Shown here in pieces: positions 1 to 9,301 of a DNA stretch of 64,000 nucleotides. Source of the DNA: an uncultured Mollicutes bacterium (GTDB lineage: Bacteria > Bacillota_I > Bacilli_A > RFN20 > CAG-288); the NCBI GenBank assembly GCA_900539865.1, contig UQDS01000001.1:3436-67435 (forward strand), in the 5' to 3' direction. The position numbers and the translations under genes are program-made. Each line of letters opens with the position of its first letter. Within the stretch, counting starts at the first letter, position 1. Under the pieces are notes generated by a model. The model did no database searches. It was not told the origin of the DNA and saw only the letters and a list, made by a program, of their open reading frames with translations.

Positions 1-900
1 AAGACACAGCTTTCGATTGCAATTCTTGCCGCCAAGAAACGCCAAGAGAGCTTAGATCACGTCCTTTTTTTTGGTCCTCCTGGACTTGGTAAGACAACGT
101 TAGCCAACGTCGTTGCAAACGAGATGGAATCCGGTATTAAAACGACAAATGGTTCCAGTTTGAATCGCACAGGCGATTTGGCTGCTATTTTATCTAGTCT
201 CAATCCAGGTGATATTCTTTTTATTGATGAGATTCACCGTATGCCGATCATCGTTCAAGAAGTGCTTTATTCCGCAATGGAAGATTACGCTTTATCCATC
301 ATTGTGGGAAAAGGTGCAGATGCTAGGACGTTGACCATTCCTCTGGTGCCTTTTACCTTAATCGGTGCGACCACCGATGCTGGTGATTTATCAGCTCCTT
401 TGCGCGATCGTTTCGGCATTATCTTGCAAATGAATTATTACACTCCTGAAGAGTTGTTTGAAATCATCTTGCGAACCTCGAAGGCGCTTCATTATCCGAT
501 CAATCCCGATGCGGCATTTGAACTTGCCTTGCGCGGCAGAGGTACTCCGAGAATCGCAAATCGTCTTTTCCGCCGCGTGCGTGACTACGCTACGTATCAA
601 GAAAAAAATGTCATCGATCGTGATTGTTGCCAAAAGGCCTTAGAATTTTTAAAAATCGATGAGTTAGGTTTAGATGAGACAGATAGAAAAGTTTTGCGCT
701 GTCTTATCGAACGATATAACGGGCGTCCGGTGGGATTAAATGCCATCGCCAGTGCCATAGGGCAATCGGTGGATAATGTCTCCGATGTTTATGAACCCTA
801 CCTTGTGCAAATCGGTTTGATCAATCGTACACCCAAAGGTCGTGTGGCAACAAAAAAAGCCTATGAACATCTCGGATTGCCTTATCCAGACATTGATTAG
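1..900 (+). CDS. ruvB: Holliday junction branch migration helicase RuvB (5' partial, frame continues from window edge)
   Basis: Translation from nt 1 gives ...[26 protein letters not shown]... (Walker A) followed by the RuvB-typical C-terminus; the ORF is open at the window start. Confidence 0.9.
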   Translation, partial: KTQLSIAILAAKKRQESLDHVLFFGPPGLGKTTLANVVANEMESGIKTTNGSSLNRTGDLAAILSSLNPGDILFIDEIHRMPIIVQEVLYSAMEDYALSIIVGKGADARTLTIPLVPFTLIGATTDAGDLSAPLRDRFGIILQMNYYTPEELFEIILRTSKALHYPINPDAAFELALRGRGTPRIANRLFRRVRDYATYQEKNVIDRDCCQKALEFLKIDELGLDETDRKVLRCLIERYNGRPVGLNAIASAIGQSVDNVSDVYEPYLVQIGLINRTPKGRVATKKAYEHLGLPYPDID

Positions 901-926
901 GATATAAAATACCATTTTTATAACTA

Positions 927-951
927 AAGTATATATATTATATATATACTT
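927..951. repeat. 25-nt perfect AT-rich palindrome (AAGTATATATAT-T-ATATATATACTT) in the ruvB-secDF intergenic region, next to a TTGAAA -35-like hexamer (953-958)
   Basis: Inverted repeat read directly from the sequence. Function unknown; could be an operator or simply low complexity. Confidence 0.4.
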
Positions 952-1022
952 CTTGAAAAAACTTGCTCTTTTTGCTAGTCTATAGATTGTCTATGTGTGC
1001 TTAATTTGAGGAGGAAGACTAC

Positions 1023-3806
1023 ATGCGTCGCTTCTTAGCTTATATTGTTATGATGTTAACCATGGTTTGTGCGTTGATTTTCAACACGCAAGCTGTTTTA
1101 GATCGCAAGACAGATGCCATGGAATATGGCTCTGGAACAGAGATGGTATATTCCATCACTCAACGCGAAAAGAAAGATTATGAGCATGATGGAAACACCA
1201 TCGATAAAGAATTCCCGGAACTCGAGAATATCGACATTGAAAAAGAGGTCATGGATCGTCTTGACCTTGCCGGTATTCGTAACGCCTCTGTTCGCATTGT
1301 CGAAGGCGATAAAGAGACCAAAGAGGGCTACCAACTCCGCATTTCTCTTTCGCCGTTGAATGAAAGCGAACTCGGACGTATCAAACAAGTCATCGGCATC
1401 ACCGGTTCTCTTTCTATCGCCACTATCGGCGATGATACTGTCTATTATGCTGACAGCGGAAAGTTCTTTGATTATTCCGGCGAATTTGCAACCATCGAGT
1501 ACAACGGCACTACACCGTTTCCTTCTATCAAAGTTCTCCCTGAAGATTTTGATAAGCTGAAGGAAGCTGCCAAAGAAGCTGCAGAAGCTCATAAGAATGA
1601 TAAACTTCCTGAAAGTGGAGATAATCAAGAAAACAAGGGTGCAAATCGCTATGCCACTCGCGAAGGTGAATCTGGCACAGAGGGCGAAGAAGAAACCGAA
1701 GATAACTCTACTACTGTTTACCTTTGGTCTAATAAAACAGTCAATGACACTTACAATAAAGCGTTTGGTGTCAACGATACCATCATTCAGGCTGAGGTGA
1801 AAGAAAAGGTTATCGCCAAATTGGATTTGAATAACTACGACAGCGAAACACATCGCCTTGCTGTTCTCTCCGACATGGCTGGAAACGCCTTTGATATCGC
1901 ATCTGCTCGCGCGTTTGTCAATATGCTCAACGCGAAAGATTATGGCTTTGACATCGAATTCCTTTATCAGAATATCGTGCCTGCAACCTTTGGTCAGAAC
2001 GGCTTGATGATGACTTACATCATCAGCGGTGTCATCCTTCTTGCTATCTCTGTCCTTCTCATTGTCTTCTATGGCCTTGCTGGTGTCTCTGCTTCCTTAA
2101 ATTTATTGGCCTCTGTTCTTTTCTCTTTCTTCCTCTTCTCTGTCTTAGGCTTTGAATTCTCTGTTGCCGCCTTAGTCGGTCTTTGTGTCTTAGTGATTCA
2201 GTCTGTCTTTGTCTCTGTCAATTATTTCGAACGCGTAAAAGCGGAAAGAAGAAAAGGACGTGACTTCGATAAAGCAAATCGCGAAGGTTATCATAAATCC
2301 TTCTTTACTTCTTTAGATAGTTCTGCTGTTATCTTCTTTGCCTCTCTCTTCTGTTTCTTGCTTGCTACCGGTCCTTATAAGACGCTCTTAGGTGTTATCA
2401 TGATCGGTGCAATCTTCACCTTCCTCATCACCAATTATGTCAATAAATGGACGATGTATTGGCTTTGTAAAGATGTGTCAGAATGCAAGAACAACAATTT
2501 GTTCTTTGGTAAGATCTCAAACAAAGAGAGCAAGAAACTCTCTTTGGTCAATACAAAGCATACCGGAAAGAAACGCGCTTGGATTATTCCTCTTGTCGCG
2601 GCATTAAGCCTTGGTATTGCTCTTCCCACTAGCTATTATCTTTCTAAAGATGGTTCTTTCTTCAACAATACTAACGACTTCGCTTCTAACTATACCTTCA
2701 ACGTTGGTTTCACAGGCTCTTCTCAGAAATATGATGCGCTTGCTACCGATACCGCCTTTGTCGAATACCTTGAAAAAATCGGTCAGAACAACGAAGAAGA
2801 AAAATATGTGATGTATGCGAAAGGACAGGAAAAACCGGAAAATCTCACTGGCGTTGAGTTTAGCTACGAACCGGATTCTGTCTTTGTCAATATCGTCGAA
2901 AAGAAAGATGAAGAAGGCAATGTTTACTTCAACCATTACTTCACCTTTACAACAGATGCCAATCTTTCTGAACTAAAGCTCGCTTCTGGTAGAAGTGTAA
3001 CTGACTTCATCTTAGAGTCGATGCTCAACGAAGAAATCACCTTGGATGATGGAAAAACTGTCTCTATCGGTGCTTCTTATTCTCATTATGATGTCGACAG
3101 CCTTACGGTCAAATGTCTCCTTACACAACCTACCAATGTCACTCACAACTACAACAATATGTTCTTGTTGGTCTTCTTAATTTCTGTCTTCGCTTCCCTT
3201 TATATCTTGGTCCGTTATGGTCTTTCTGTCGGCTTGACCTCTCTTGTTGCAGGAACTACAGCCTCTGCTCTTGCGGTTGCTCTTATGGTTCTCTTGCGTA
3301 TCCCCTTTGCCTCCTTTACCGGTTTTGGCTTAGTTGCAAGTATCCTCTTGCTCAACGCCTTCTTTGTCTTAGTTCTCGGCGGTAATAAGGAGACAATCAA
3401 AGAGATGGGTATCCGCAAGACTGCTACCAATGAACAGAGAATGGATATCGCTAATGACATCGCAAAGAGAAGTTTATTGATGACGATTCCTTGTGCCAGT
3501 ATCACTGCGCTTATGGGTATCGGTCTCATCTTTGTCAACACCTCTCTTCTCGGACTTAGCATCGCACTTGTTCTCTTCAGCGTTCTCGCTCTCTTTGTCG
3601 CTTACTATTTCGCTGTTCCCTTCTATACAGTATTAGCTTCTCACCGCTTCTTTAAAGCAATCAGCAACAAGATTGATCAGCACCGTGAGAAGAAAGGCAA
3701 AAAAGTTGCCCCTGTCGTTTCTAAAGACGGCATTGTCTATGTGGATGCAAATGGTCCTCATGAAACAATTGTTCCCGGTTTGAACGACTTCCATCATACA
3801 AAGTAA
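1023..3806 (+). CDS. secDF: Protein translocase subunit SecDF (fused SecD-SecF, 12 TM type)
   Basis: Two clusters of 6 TM helices. ...YGLAGVSASLNLLASVLFSFFLFSVLGFEFSVAALVGLCVLVIQSVFVSVNYFERVKAERRKGR matches the SecD TM2-6/FERIKEE region, and the second TM block is SecF-like. RBS GAGGAGGAAG lies upstream. Synteny ruvB...secDF-recJ as in B. subtilis. Confidence 0.65.
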   Translation: MRRFLAYIVMMLTMVCALIFNTQAVLDRKTDAMEYGSGTEMVYSITQREKKDYEHDGNTIDKEFPELENIDIEKEVMDRLDLAGIRNASVRIVEGDKETKEGYQLRISLSPLNESELGRIKQVIGITGSLSIATIGDDTVYYADSGKFFDYSGEFATIEYNGTTPFPSIKVLPEDFDKLKEAAKEAAEAHKNDKLPESGDNQENKGANRYATREGESGTEGEEETEDNSTTVYLWSNKTVNDTYNKAFGVNDTIIQAEVKEKVIAKLDLNNYDSETHRLAVLSDMAGNAFDIASARAFVNMLNAKDYGFDIEFLYQNIVPATFGQNGLMMTYIISGVILLAISVLLIVFYGLAGVSASLNLLASVLFSFFLFSVLGFEFSVAALVGLCVLVIQSVFVSVNYFERVKAERRKGRDFDKANREGYHKSFFTSLDSSAVIFFASLFCFLLATGPYKTLLGVIMIGAIFTFLITNYVNKWTMYWLCKDVSECKNNNLFFGKISNKESKKLSLVNTKHTGKKRAWIIPLVAALSLGIALPTSYYLSKDGSFFNNTNDFASNYTFNVGFTGSSQKYDALATDTAFVEYLEKIGQNNEEEKYVMYAKGQEKPENLTGVEFSYEPDSVFVNIVEKKDEEGNVYFNHYFTFTTDANLSELKLASGRSVTDFILESMLNEEITLDDGKTVSIGASYSHYDVDSLTVKCLLTQPTNVTHNYNNMFLLVFLISVFASLYILVRYGLSVGLTSLVAGTTASALAVALMVLLRIPFASFTGFGLVASILLLNAFFVLVLGGNKETIKEMGIRKTATNEQRMDIANDIAKRSLLMTIPCASITALMGIGLIFVNTSLLGLSIALVLFSVLALFVAYYFAVPFYTVLASHRFFKAISNKIDQHREKKGKKVAPVVSKDGIVYVDANGPHETIVPGLNDFHHTK

Positions 3807-3813
3807 TAGAAAT

Positions 3814-5385
3814 ATGAATTTATTAAGTCAGTTGTTAAATCACTATCATCTGACGTTGAAAGACCTTGGAGTTCGTAAAGCTCCAGGGTCTTTTCAACAT
3901 CTTGATACTCCGAAAGACTGTCCGGATTTTAAAAAAGTGATAGAGCGCCTAAAGCAGGCAAAAGAAAATAATGAAAAGACAGTCATTTATGGCGATTATG
4001 ATGTCGATGGTCTCACCGCTACTGCAATTATGAAGTTGGCATTAGATGAATTTGGCATTTCCTGCGGTTATTTTATTCCTTCTCGTTATAAAGAAGGGTA
4101 TGGGTTAAATGTCAAAAGAGTAGAGGAATTCTATGAAAAAGGCTATCGTTTAATCATCACGGTTGACAACGGAATCTCTGCTTTTGAAAGCATCGATAAA
4201 GCGAGGAAACTTGGCATGGATGTCATCGTTATCGATCACCATGAAATTCCCCAGGAAAAAGTGAACACTCCCTATGTCTTTCATTTCCGCTCCGAAGGTT
4301 TCCTTTCTTATCCTTGCTCCGGTGCTTCTCTTGCCTTCTTTGTCGCCTGTTCTCTTTTACGTCGATACGATCCTTACTTTGCAACGCTTGCTGGCATCGC
4401 GGTCTTTTCCGACATCATGCCATTGGTCGGAAACAATTTAGAGCTTGTGAAAATTATGTACGCTTCATTACATGAAAAAAAGTATCCTAACCTCATGTAT
4501 CTTCTTTCCGATAACGATGCTTTTACCTATGAAGATATCTCCTTTGGATTGATTCCGCTACTTAATGCACCGGGACGCATTTGCAAAGATTCCCTTTCTA
4601 CGAATTACGCTTGTCGTTTCTTGCAAGAAAAAGTTCGCCTTTTAAATATTCAACGCGACGGATCCATGTTGAAAGAGATCAACATGAAAAGAAAGACCAT
4701 CGTCAATTCGATGTGCTTTGAAAATGAATTTGTCTCTGACCACGCTGTTGTCGTTCGTGCGAATGATTACTCTGGTTTGTCTGGATTATTTGCTAATCGC
4801 ATCTTAAAAGAACAAAATAAGAGCGTCTTAGTTTTTGCTCCTAAGGAAGATGATCCTACCGCATTGATTGGTTCCATTCGCGTCGATGATGAGCACAATG
4901 CCATGGATTTCATCCATCACAACGAAAAGTATTTTCTTGCAGCAGGCGGTCATCCAAAAGCTGCCGGTGTGACAATACGTGCGAAGGATTATTATCAAAT
5001 CGCCACGTTATTTGCTGCTGAAATGGCCATCAATAACAAGGAAAATGCGGAAGAAAAGAATCCTTGTATTGAAATTGATTTAGAGGATCTCAACGAAGAA
5101 AATTATCAGATTTATCAATCTTTTCAACCTTTTGGAGAAGGCTTTCCTGCACCTGTTTTTCGCATTCAGATTGAAAGAGATAAATTTCGTCTTTCCCCTT
5201 CCAAAAAAGCTGCTTTTGCCTATGCGGATAATCATCAAGGAAAGATAACCCTCTTTTCTTCTCTCGACCTTTTAGAGGATGAAAACGTGAGTGTGATCAC
5301 CGTCGAAGGAACTTTTAAGAAGGAGAGTTTCCGCGGCAAAGAAAGTTATGTTTTGCTCTGTGATGTCGCTAAAAAATATATCTGA
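3814..5385 (+). CDS. recJ: Single-stranded-DNA-specific exonuclease RecJ (DHH/DHHA1), short form
   Basis: GDYDVDGLTAT, IITVDNGI, VIVIDHHE (DHH) and AAGGHPKAAGV (DHHA1 GGGH-like) motifs; positioned after secDF as in Bacillus. Confidence 0.75.
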   Translation: MNLLSQLLNHYHLTLKDLGVRKAPGSFQHLDTPKDCPDFKKVIERLKQAKENNEKTVIYGDYDVDGLTATAIMKLALDEFGISCGYFIPSRYKEGYGLNVKRVEEFYEKGYRLIITVDNGISAFESIDKARKLGMDVIVIDHHEIPQEKVNTPYVFHFRSEGFLSYPCSGASLAFFVACSLLRRYDPYFATLAGIAVFSDIMPLVGNNLELVKIMYASLHEKKYPNLMYLLSDNDAFTYEDISFGLIPLLNAPGRICKDSLSTNYACRFLQEKVRLLNIQRDGSMLKEINMKRKTIVNSMCFENEFVSDHAVVVRANDYSGLSGLFANRILKEQNKSVLVFAPKEDDPTALIGSIRVDDEHNAMDFIHHNEKYFLAAGGHPKAAGVTIRAKDYYQIATLFAAEMAINNKENAEEKNPCIEIDLEDLNEENYQIYQSFQPFGEGFPAPVFRIQIERDKFRLSPSKKAAFAYADNHQGKITLFSSLDLLEDENVSVITVEGTFKKESFRGKESYVLLCDVAKKYI

Positions 5386-5396
5386 GAGGTAAAAAA

Positions 5397-5759
5397 ATGG
5401 AACGCATGTATTATCACAGCGATAAAAAGGGTATAGAAGCGATTAAAGATTATTTAGAACATGATCCAGGGGTGACTTTTGACATGGAAAAGCTTGCCAC
5501 AACCTGGATTCAAACTTACGACTTATATCCTCACGTGTACACCTATGTGATCAGCAGTGAAACAGTTGGCGAACAAGAGGGACACTATTACATTTGCGCA
5601 TTGTATAAAATTCCCCATGAACGCTATTATTATGTCTCTCCTCGCACCTATGAAAACAGAGAGGAAGCAGAGGCCTTAGCAGAGGTCTTAGCCAAAAACT
5701 ATATCAATTTTGCCTTCATGGATGATTTTTTGAAAACATTGGTTGAGAAAGGCAAATAA
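5397..5759 (+). CDS. Hypothetical Tyr-rich 120-aa protein, translationally coupled to recJ
   Basis: RBS GAGG overlaps the recJ stop; no recognisable motifs; followed by a terminator. Confidence 0.45.
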   Translation: MERMYYHSDKKGIEAIKDYLEHDPGVTFDMEKLATTWIQTYDLYPHVYTYVISSETVGEQEGHYYICALYKIPHERYYYVSPRTYENREEAEALAEVLAKNYINFAFMDDFLKTLVEKGK

Positions 5760-5793
5760 TACTTTATAATAAGTTACTTTTAATATAGAATAG

Positions 5794-5817
5794 AAGCAGT
5801 CGGAGGACTGCTTTTTT
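5794..5817 (+). terminator. Rho-independent terminator (AAGCAGTC-GGAG-GACTGCTT + TTTTTT)
   Basis: 8-bp stem, 4-nt loop and T6 tract directly after the 120-aa ORF. Confidence 0.7.
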
Positions 5818-6742
5818 GATTTCAAATGTAAATGAAGATTATTCCATCAAGACGCAAGCAAGTCATGATACAGTTGAAACGGATATGATGAAGCAAAAGA
5901 ATAAGCGTCAGAGAGTAAAAACGTTGCTTGTTGTGACGTTATGTTTTTTAATTTCTATACTTTTACTCTACTTCATTTTGCCTATGTATCAGTGTAAAAA
6001 TATCAAAGTGAATGGAAATATTTTCTTTGAAAACAAAGAAGTCGCGGTACTTTCTGAAAATGACACTTATCGCCCGCTGATCTTTTTAAATGAAAAGAGA
6101 AGCAAAGAAAAGCTGATTGAAAACAGCCACGGCTTTATTCTAGATGCGCAATACTCGACCAATGGTTTTGCTTCTTCTGTCATCATCAAAGAAGACCATC
6201 TTGTCGGGAATATCGACGGGGTAAAATATCTTGGTTCTGATCGAAATTTTAATCAAGCGTTAGAAGATATCTCTTCCTTGCCACTTGATGAAACAAATAT
6301 TTACACCCTGAAAGAAAAGCTCGAAAAGCAGGCGTTGAGCGTTCCTAAAATCTTCATAAAAGATGTCGACAAGATGAGCGATACACAACGAAAACGCGTT
6401 CTTTTTCACAGCTGGCAGGCAACGCTTCCTGTGCTGGAAAAAACATATGCGATTCGCTATAGCAGTGAAGATGCAAAAGTCGCTGATTTTCTCTTCTTGT
6501 ACCATGGTTCTTACTATCTGTTAAAGAATCTTCTTTACGATAAATTCCCTTATTATTTCGATGAAAAAAACTTCCCAGACAAGATTTTTAACGCGATGGA
6601 GATGGAACAAAAAGAAAATAAACGTCCCAAGAGAACTTACGCGGTATCAACGACTCAATCAGAGTCTTGTTATAGTTATACTCTGATCTATAACGAAGCC
6701 GAAAATACAACAAAACTCACTTATTTTGACGAAGAAATATAA
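5816..6742 (+). CDS. Candidate cell-division protein FtsQ/DivIB-like (single N-terminal TM + POTRA-like region); start uncertain (TTG 5816 per ORF track, or ATG 5885)
   Basis: Basic stretch then TM (KTLLVVTLCFLISILLLYFIL) followed by IKVNGNIFFENKEVAVLSE, which resembles the POTRA start of FtsQ/DivIB. It lies immediately upstream of the ftsA-like and ftsZ genes. The only SD-like GGAG upstream of 5816 sits in the terminator loop. Confidence 0.4.
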   Translation: MISNVNEDYSIKTQASHDTVETDMMKQKNKRQRVKTLLVVTLCFLISILLLYFILPMYQCKNIKVNGNIFFENKEVAVLSENDTYRPLIFLNEKRSKEKLIENSHGFILDAQYSTNGFASSVIIKEDHLVGNIDGVKYLGSDRNFNQALEDISSLPLDETNIYTLKEKLEKQALSVPKIFIKDVDKMSDTQRKRVLFHSWQATLPVLEKTYAIRYSSEDAKVADFLFLYHGSYYLLKNLLYDKFPYYFDEKNFPDKIFNAMEMEQKENKRPKRTYAVSTTQSESCYSYTLIYNEAENTTKLTYFDEEI

Positions 6743-6762
6743 GCTTATTGAAGGAGCGATTT

Positions 6763-7920
6763 ATGAAAAACAAAGTTACTGTCATTGAAATGACACCGAC
6801 ATTCATCCGTTTGCTCTGTGGTTACACCCTCAACAACAACGTCTATGTTTTACAAGCGTTGGAGGGAGAGGATTTTACATTGGAAGAAGGATTGCCGGTT
6901 GTCCGTGAAGCTGCGGATAGTTTGCGCCTTTTGATCGAGAACGCAAAGAAGACCTTAAACGAAACGGATATCGGACCGTTTATTCTCGCTTTGCCTCCGT
7001 ATCGGTTTGCTGCAAGCGAATCCTTCTCAACCACTGCGACAGCAGATACAAACTCCGTCTTATCTCTCAACGATTATAAAAACTGCATCAACCGCGCAAT
7101 GAAAGAAAAGAAGACGCACGACAATACCGCAATCTATTGTGCACCTTTCCGCTTTTCTACTGATAACAACGATGCGCTTTTCCAATATCCGGAACAGTGT
7201 TTGACCAATGCTTTTGCTATCTATGCGGATGTTCATACAATCGATAGCACTTATTACAAGCGCTGCAAGGAGATTTTAAATAAGGCGCAAGTTGAACCTT
7301 ATTTGGAAATTGTCTCCACATACGGAAGCTCCTACTTTATCGATTCTTTCCGCCCGAACATGTCGCATTATTTACTCCTTGATTTAGAAAAGGAATATTC
7401 TTATCTCTCCTACGTCGATTCAGGAAGATTAAAGCTCTCAGTACCATTGAAAGAAAACATCAATAACGTTTTACAAGTCTCTTCTCAAACGTTACATATC
7501 CCAGTTAAAAAAGTAGAAGAACTAATGCAAATCTATGGTTTCTTCTCCACTCCTGGTTTTGATTATTACATGGAAAACGGTCTCTCATTGAAAGATACTT
7601 CCTCTTGCTTTATGGCAAGCTTCCGACCGATTGCCATGGAAGTGCAAGAGATGATTCAGCGCTATGATATCTCCTTAGAAGTCCCGTTGATTATCTATGG
7701 TGCCGGGGCGCAAATTGAAGAGTTAAGCGGTCTCTTTATGAAACTGCTCTCTCGCAATTGCTCCACGTTTGAACCCCATATCTTCGGTGCGCAAGGAGGA
7801 AGCTACGACAATTGTCTTGGCGCCATCTTATTGTCCTCTCTCCCTTATCAAAAAGCAGAAGACTATCGCTCGAAAGAATATAACGAATTCCACCTTCACG
7901 GTAGCGGATTTGATCGTTAG
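6763..7920 (+). CDS. Divergent FtsA-like actin-fold cell-division protein (candidate)
   Basis: AAGGAG RBS 6 nt upstream of ATG 6763 (the ORF-track start 6748 contains this RBS). Position between the ftsQ-like gene and ftsZ. N-terminus VIEMTPTFIRLL aligns to the FtsA phosphate-1 LDIGTSKI region but is degenerate. Confidence 0.45.
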   Translation: MKNKVTVIEMTPTFIRLLCGYTLNNNVYVLQALEGEDFTLEEGLPVVREAADSLRLLIENAKKTLNETDIGPFILALPPYRFAASESFSTTATADTNSVLSLNDYKNCINRAMKEKKTHDNTAIYCAPFRFSTDNNDALFQYPEQCLTNAFAIYADVHTIDSTYYKRCKEILNKAQVEPYLEIVSTYGSSYFIDSFRPNMSHYLLLDLEKEYSYLSYVDSGRLKLSVPLKENINNVLQVSSQTLHIPVKKVEELMQIYGFFSTPGFDYYMENGLSLKDTSSCFMASFRPIAMEVQEMIQRYDISLEVPLIIYGAGAQIEELSGLFMKLLSRNCSTFEPHIFGAQGGSYDNCLGAILLSSLPYQKAEDYRSKEYNEFHLHGSGFDR

Positions 7921-7936
7921 AAAGGAAAATTGACTT

Positions 7937-9280
7937 ATGGAAGAAAAAGAAATGCAACAGATTTATGATGATGAAGATCTTCGTCAAAATGCGTTGATTA
8001 AAGTTATCGGTGTCGGTGGCGGCGGCTGCAATGCTGTCAACGGCATGATTCACGACAAAGAAGACATGGTGGAATACTGGGTATTCAACACCGATTCTCA
8101 GGCGTTGAGAAATTCTCCTTGTGAAAATAAATTCGCACTCGGTGTCAATGTGACTAGAGGCCTTGGCGCCGGCGGCCTTCCTTCCAAAGGTAAGGAAGCA
8201 GCGGAAGCTTCTTATGAAGATATCAAGAAGAGAGTCAAGGGCGCAGATATGGTCTTTATCGCTGCCGGTGAAGGCGGTGGAACGGGTACTGGTGCTGCGC
8301 CGGTAATCGCAAAAGCGGCCAAAGAAGAAGGCTGTCTAGTTTTAGGCATTGTCACTCGTCCTTTCAACTTTGAAGGAAAGACGAGAAAGACAAATGCGCT
8401 CATGGGCATCAACGAATTAAAACAATATGTCGATGCCTTGATTGTTGTCTCGAATGATAAATTGATGTTCAACGGCGGCGATTTGTCTGTCACAAACGCT
8501 TTTGCTAATGTCGATCACATCCTTGCGACTTCGGTCAAGACGGTCACTGATTTGATTTTGGTTCACGGCATTATCAACCTCGACTTTGCTGATGTGAAAG
8601 CCACATTAGGAGGGAAAGGTTTAGCTTTGATTGGTATCGGTGAAGCTAAGGGAGAAAACAAAGCCATTGAAGCGAGTAAAAACGCAATCAACTCCCCGCT
8701 TTTAGAGTCCTCTATCCGCGGTTCTAATTCCATGATCATCAACTTTACAGTCGGTGATAAGACAACCTTAAATGAAATCAATGCTGCGGTAGAATATATC
8801 ACCGAGACAGCGACCGGAAAAGAAAACAGCAATTGCAACATCATGTTTGGCGTTCAGCATGATCCGGAATTGGATGATACGCTTCGCATCGCTATCATCG
8901 CTACTGATTTTGATAAGGAAATCACATTCAGCGATCCTGTCAAGATGAGAAGCGAGACCTCTTACAACGAAGAACACAAGGAAGAGAGCAAAGAAAATTC
9001 GCAAACTCCTGTGGAAAGAAAGTTGGAAGAATCGAAGAATGCCTCTGTGCTTCCTGATTTCTTAAGAAGCAGATTGCAACCGCATCCTGTCAGTGAAACG
9101 ACGGAAAAGATAGATTCCGAAGAAGAGCGCAAAGAAGAATCTTTCGAAGAGGAAAAGAACGAAGAAAATCCTTCCGTTGGTCAAACAGAATTGAAAAACG
9201 CTTTTGCTCCGTTTAATAGACATGATGAGGATGACGATGATGAACCCCTTGTCATGACCCACCGTCCGGACTTAGATTAA
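7937..9280 (+). CDS. ftsZ: Cell division GTPase FtsZ, with an unusually long acidic C-terminal tail
   Basis: IKVIGVGGGGCNAVNGMI and AGEGGGTGTGAAPVIA tubulin signature; a C-terminal DFLR peptide followed by ~70 additional charged residues. Confidence 0.9.
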   Translation: MEEKEMQQIYDDEDLRQNALIKVIGVGGGGCNAVNGMIHDKEDMVEYWVFNTDSQALRNSPCENKFALGVNVTRGLGAGGLPSKGKEAAEASYEDIKKRVKGADMVFIAAGEGGGTGTGAAPVIAKAAKEEGCLVLGIVTRPFNFEGKTRKTNALMGINELKQYVDALIVVSNDKLMFNGGDLSVTNAFANVDHILATSVKTVTDLILVHGIINLDFADVKATLGGKGLALIGIGEAKGENKAIEASKNAINSPLLESSIRGSNSMIINFTVGDKTTLNEINAAVEYITETATGKENSNCNIMFGVQHDPELDDTLRIAIIATDFDKEITFSDPVKMRSETSYNEEHKEESKENSQTPVERKLEESKNASVLPDFLRSRLQPHPVSETTEKIDSEEERKEESFEEEKNEENPSVGQTELKNAFAPFNRHDEDDDDEPLVMTHRPDLD

Positions 9281-9301
9281 TTCTTAGAAGGAGTAGACTT
9301 T

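Noticed and set aside
1098-1853. 251-aa minus-strand ORF (and several 60-115-aa ORFs on both strands) inside secDF
   Set aside because: It lies entirely antisense to, or out of frame within, a well-supported conserved gene. The low-complexity translation is typical of a spurious reading through an AT/GA-rich sequence.
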